From positions 1-48,441 of the forward strand of contig JAYZEO010000028.1 of the NCBI GenBank assembly GCA_036337215.1: a DNA stretch of 48,441 nucleotides. The letters are read 5' to 3'. The notes beneath the pieces were generated by a model. That model did not search any database. It was not told the DNA's origin and worked only from the letters and a program-made list of their open reading frames with translations. A program made the translations under genes and the position numbers. The stretch comes from Myxococcota bacterium. Lineage in GTDB: Bacteria; Myxococcota_A; UBA9160; SZUA-336. This document shows positions 48,400 through 48,441 of this stretch, piece after piece; position 1 is the first letter of the stretch, and each line of letters opens with the position of its first letter.

Positions 48400-48441
48400 C
48401 CGCCGCAACCGGTGCGCCGGCGGGCGAACTACTCAGGCCGT

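Noticed and set aside
1-48441. Prophage, transposase, integrase, defence system, tRNA or rRNA genes
   Set aside because: No such motifs found; composition looks uniform apart from short AT-rich promoter patches

Overview
A gene-dense, very GC-rich bacterial chromosomal segment with about 43 CDS. I see no rRNA, tRNA, CRISPR array or recognisable mobile element. Gene content and style suggest a Myxococcota/deltaproteobacterial-type organism (inference only). Layout: (i) 62-8974, lipid/xenobiotic accessory enzymes, including a probable hidden selenoprotein: a GrdB/PrdB-family reductase split by the ORF caller at an in-frame TGA in a U-x-x-C motif, followed by a SECIS-like hairpin; (ii) 8984-19825, a complex I operon nuoA-E-F-G-H-J-K-L-M-N that lacks the whole quinone module (nuoB, C, D, I); (iii) 19977-26864, a tightly coupled operon of gpsA, a lipoprotein, a nucleoside hydrolase, a flippase-like/Thr-type sulfatase-like fusion and a PHP protein; (iv) a plant-type cystathionine gamma-synthase, ogt, a histone-H1-like protein with a tandem duplicated N-terminal module, purC, gshB and PBP1A; (v) 34409-48399, fatty-acid, ester and amide catabolic genes. 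Several genes appear to be transcribed leaderless. All family calls come from motif recognition, not database searches.
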